Origin: a virus
Lineage: Duplodnaviria; Caudoviricetes
Virus record (IMG/VR): IMGVR_UViG_3300048577_000469
Coordinates: 1 to 37,911 of that record
Reading direction: 5' to 3' (one strand)
DNA length: 37,911 nucleotides
Below the pieces are notes generated by a model. That model made no database searches. It saw nothing but the letters and a program-made list of their open reading frames with translations, and was not told the DNA's origin. This document shows positions 35,305 to 37,911 of this stretch, one piece after another. The translations under genes and the position numbers were made by a program. The stretch's first letter is position 1, and the number at the start of each line of letters is the position of its first letter.

Positions 35305-37364
35305 TGGCCTGGTCTCTTACCCTGAACAGCAAAACCTACACTGATGCGGACATGGCCAAGTATGGGTATATCACCAAGCTGCCGATGCTGCTCGCTGACC
35401 TGGCGCTTGAGATAGCCGCACGCCTTGCTGAGATGGTCGGCTACCGTGACGCGGCGCAAGCCGCCGCCGCATCGGCAATCCTCGCCCCCGGCACTCAGGC
35501 CACCAGCGCCACCAGCTTTACGCTAGGGCTTGGCAGTAAGGCTTTCACGCTTTCGCAGGCCGGCAAGCTGATCCCGCTGGGCGCGGCAGTCAGTATTGCG
35601 CGCACCAGCGATCCGACCAAAGTCTGCTACGGCATCGTAACGGCTTTCGCCGATCCGGTCTTGACGGTTAATGTCACCAAGGCCGATACCGTCGCTGGCC
35701 CTTACACCGATTGGACGATTGCTCTGGCCGGTACGCCGGGGCGCGACGGCAGCTTGATCCTGCCGACCGCCGCCGCTGTGGTCGGTGGCGTCTGTACGCT
35801 CGACCTCAATTCCGGCAACTACTTCACCGTGTCGGTAGGCGCGAATATCACGTCGTTTGTAGTCAGCCATCCGCCCGCCAGCGCCGGGCAGATCATGGTG
35901 TGTTTGTCCTACACCGGCCCCTACAGCGTGACGCTTCCGAGCGCCTGGAAGCCTGCCGGCACCGCCGCGCCAGTGCTGACCGTACTCGACGGTCAGTCCG
36001 ATTTGTTGCGGCTCACGACTACAGATGGCGGCGCCACTTGGCTGATGGAGGTGATGGGGTCGATTGCGACGACTGCGAACCCACAGCGCCTGTTCGAGCT
36101 GCAAGTCGAACCCTATAACGGCTTCGGGTTGTACCTGGGCACCGTGGTGCGCAAGGGGAACTATATCTATGCCGCCAGCACGATCTATCAGCAGTCGAAC
36201 CTTTACTACCGCGTGCATGTGGCGAAATACGCGCTGGACGGGACGCTCCAGTGGCAGGCCGCGCGGAATGCGTCAGGCGGCCAGACTAATGTGTTCGGCG
36301 TCCTCGGGTTGGATGTTGATTCCGCCGGTAACGTGTGCGTGTTGGTTAACGATACGAACGCCGGAAAGGTCGAGCTGCTGAAGTTCACCAGTGCCGGTGC
36401 GCTGTCATCGCAAACGGTCATGCACACGCTTCCTCTGGACGGTAATAGCGGCTGGGCGCGCCCATTCGGTGCGACTAATCAATGCGCGCCGGCATTGCTG
36501 CGGATCGACGGCAATGACAACATTTATGTCGGCCTGCGCCGCACCTCGACAAACGACCGGGCTGTCGTGGCGAAATTCAATAGCGGCCTGGTGTTGCAAT
36601 GGACGCGTGAGCTGTATCTCGCTGCCGGCCATGTCTTGCCGATGGCGCTGGATATCGACTCGACCGGCGCGGTTTTCTTTTCCGCCGCCCGCAATGACAA
36701 CAGCCGGTCGGTGATCGCCAAGTGGGATACCTCCGGCGCCGTAGCATGGAAGGTCGAAGTCAACAACAACGGGGTCGGTGCTAGCGTATGTGCGCCTGAT
36801 TCGTCCGGTCGCATCGCGGCCCTTTACCGCAACTTAAATGTCGTGCACGGCATCGACTCGACCGGTGCGAAGTTGTGGGGAAAAACGCTAACTGGCTTTA
36901 CCGGTGAATTCGCGCGGATTGTGAACGGCAAGGTCGTGGTCGGTGGAAATTACAACAACGTGCCGGCGCTGGTAGCGCTCGACGTGGCGACCGGCGCGCT
37001 TGCTTGGGCCATTCAGTTGCAAGTTGTTTCCAGCATAGACGGCGCTACCGGGCTTTATTTCAATCACTTCACCACTGACACCTACGGCAATTTTTACGTG
37101 CACATATGCGCATCGCAGACGAGCCCGAGTGCCTCCATGCAGACGGTGCTTGTCCTGCCGCACTATGTCGCCTCGGCCCCGCTGCCGTGGGTTTTCGGCA
37201 ATGTCACGATCAAGGCCATTGCCAACCTGTCATTCAGCAGCGATGGCAACACGCTCGCAGCATCGAGCGTCAGCGAGGGCGCATCTGCCATCACCAGCGG
37301 CGCCGCTGCCGCCACCTCGGACAACAGCGCACCTCATCCGGTGACTCGCTACATGGAGCTTTGA
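35304..37364 (+). CDS. Tail fibre / receptor-binding protein with C-terminal beta-propeller
   Basis: N-terminal SATSFTLGLGSKAFT anchor; LDLNSGNYFTV domain; repeats VAKY..DG.LQW, VAKFNS..VLQW, IAKWDTSG.VAW. Confidence 0.75.
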   Translation: MAWSLTLNSKTYTDADMAKYGYITKLPMLLADLALEIAARLAEMVGYRDAAQAAAASAILAPGTQATSATSFTLGLGSKAFTLSQAGKLIPLGAAVSIARTSDPTKVCYGIVTAFADPVLTVNVTKADTVAGPYTDWTIALAGTPGRDGSLILPTAAAVVGGVCTLDLNSGNYFTVSVGANITSFVVSHPPASAGQIMVCLSYTGPYSVTLPSAWKPAGTAAPVLTVLDGQSDLLRLTTTDGGATWLMEVMGSIATTANPQRLFELQVEPYNGFGLYLGTVVRKGNYIYAASTIYQQSNLYYRVHVAKYALDGTLQWQAARNASGGQTNVFGVLGLDVDSAGNVCVLVNDTNAGKVELLKFTSAGALSSQTVMHTLPLDGNSGWARPFGATNQCAPALLRIDGNDNIYVGLRRTSTNDRAVVAKFNSGLVLQWTRELYLAAGHVLPMALDIDSTGAVFFSAARNDNSRSVIAKWDTSGAVAWKVEVNNNGVGASVCAPDSSGRIAALYRNLNVVHGIDSTGAKLWGKTLTGFTGEFARIVNGKVVVGGNYNNVPALVALDVATGALAWAIQLQVVSSIDGATGLYFNHFTTDTYGNFYVHICASQTSPSASMQTVLVLPHYVASAPLPWVFGNVTIKAIANLSFSSDGNTLAASSVSEGASAITSGAAAATSDNSAPHPVTRYMEL

Positions 37365-37365
37365 T

Positions 37366-37911
37366 ATGTGGATCAATCCCGAAAATGGACAAATCGACGC
37401 CGGCCGTGAGTGCCCGGCAGGATCGGTGCCGCTGCTGGTCGAGGAAAAACCGGTGGTTGACCTGTGCCAGGTGGCGGTGCTCGATGCGCCGGCCCTGGTC
37501 GATAGAGAATGGCGGCGCGGCTGGCGCATCGAGGCGCGCGAGCTGGAGAGTGCACGAGCGGATATGTTGGCGGCAATCAATGCCGAACGCGACCGCCAAG
37601 AAACACTGGGATTTACCTACCTCAACAAGCGGTTTCAGTCGGATGAGCGCAGCGCGGCGCGGATCGCCAATGCAGCCCTGACGGCAACAACGGCGCTGGC
37701 GACCGGCCAGGCGTTTAGCGTGGTTTGGGCGGCGGCAGACAATACGGCGGTAACGCTCGACGCTGCCGGCATGCTTGCCATGCAGGCGGGCTTGACCGGC
37801 CGCGCCGCTGACTTGCACTACTACAGCCGATCCCTCAAAGAGCAGGCGCTAGCCGCAACCACGATTGAGGAACTGGCTGCCATCGACATCGAGGCAGGGT
37901 GGCCGGTGTGA
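37366..37911 (+). CDS. Tail fibre assembly protein (DUF4376-like)
   Basis: INAERD, FQSD.RS..RI, W.AADN..V.LDA, A.TIEEL.AI...W. Confidence 0.8.
   Translation: MWINPENGQIDAGRECPAGSVPLLVEEKPVVDLCQVAVLDAPALVDREWRRGWRIEARELESARADMLAAINAERDRQETLGFTYLNKRFQSDERSAARIANAALTATTALATGQAFSVVWAAADNTAVTLDAAGMLAMQAGLTGRAADLHYYSRSLKEQALAATTIEELAAIDIEAGWPV

Larger units (their letters stand above)
1..37911. mobile_element. Mu-like (B3/BcepMu-type) transposable prophage, internal portion
   Basis: DDE transposase + ATPase B, Ner-like, Gam-like, GemA, Mu gp26/27/28-like genes and head-tail genes, with divergent early and late arms; att ends not seen. Confidence 0.96.

Noticed and set aside
35304-37364. Possible DGR target (AAC/AAT-rich codons in the fibre)
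   Set aside because: No reverse transcriptase or template repeat seen in the window; Asn richness is expected in propellers
1-37911. CRISPR array, tRNA, rRNA, prophage att ends
   Set aside because: No spaced repeats or RNA gene signatures seen; the window starts and ends at stop codons inside the phage

Overview
The window is the internal part of a transposable (Mu-like, B3/BcepMu-type) prophage, probably from a high-GC betaproteobacterium (inference). The left arm (minus strand, 1-11622) is the early operon: Ner-like regulator, CII-like and IclR-HTH proteins, DUF3102, DDE transposase A, AAA ATPase B, Gam-like protein, RdgC, GemA and small ORFs. A divergent switch at about 11623-11714 separates it from the XRE repressor, which is translationally coupled to a secreted thermonuclease and a PDZ-YbjQ fusion. 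The right arm (plus strand) is the late region. It holds lysis genes (holin, signal-peptide SLT endolysin, nested spanins), Mu-type terminases, a non-Mu portal, MuF with a C-terminal extension and a coupled small gene, a fused protease-scaffold-capsid, and a non-contractile tail (tube, frameshifted chaperone, tape measure, beta-propeller fibre). The prophage ends, Mor/C activator, mom and gin are not in the window. The best leads are the MuF toxin-immunity candidate, the repressor-linked nuclease/PDZ-YbjQ cassette, a [hydrophobic]-x-E|A/S/G cleavage code in the capsid polyprotein, and several non-coding elements. Family names come from motif recognition only; no searches were run.
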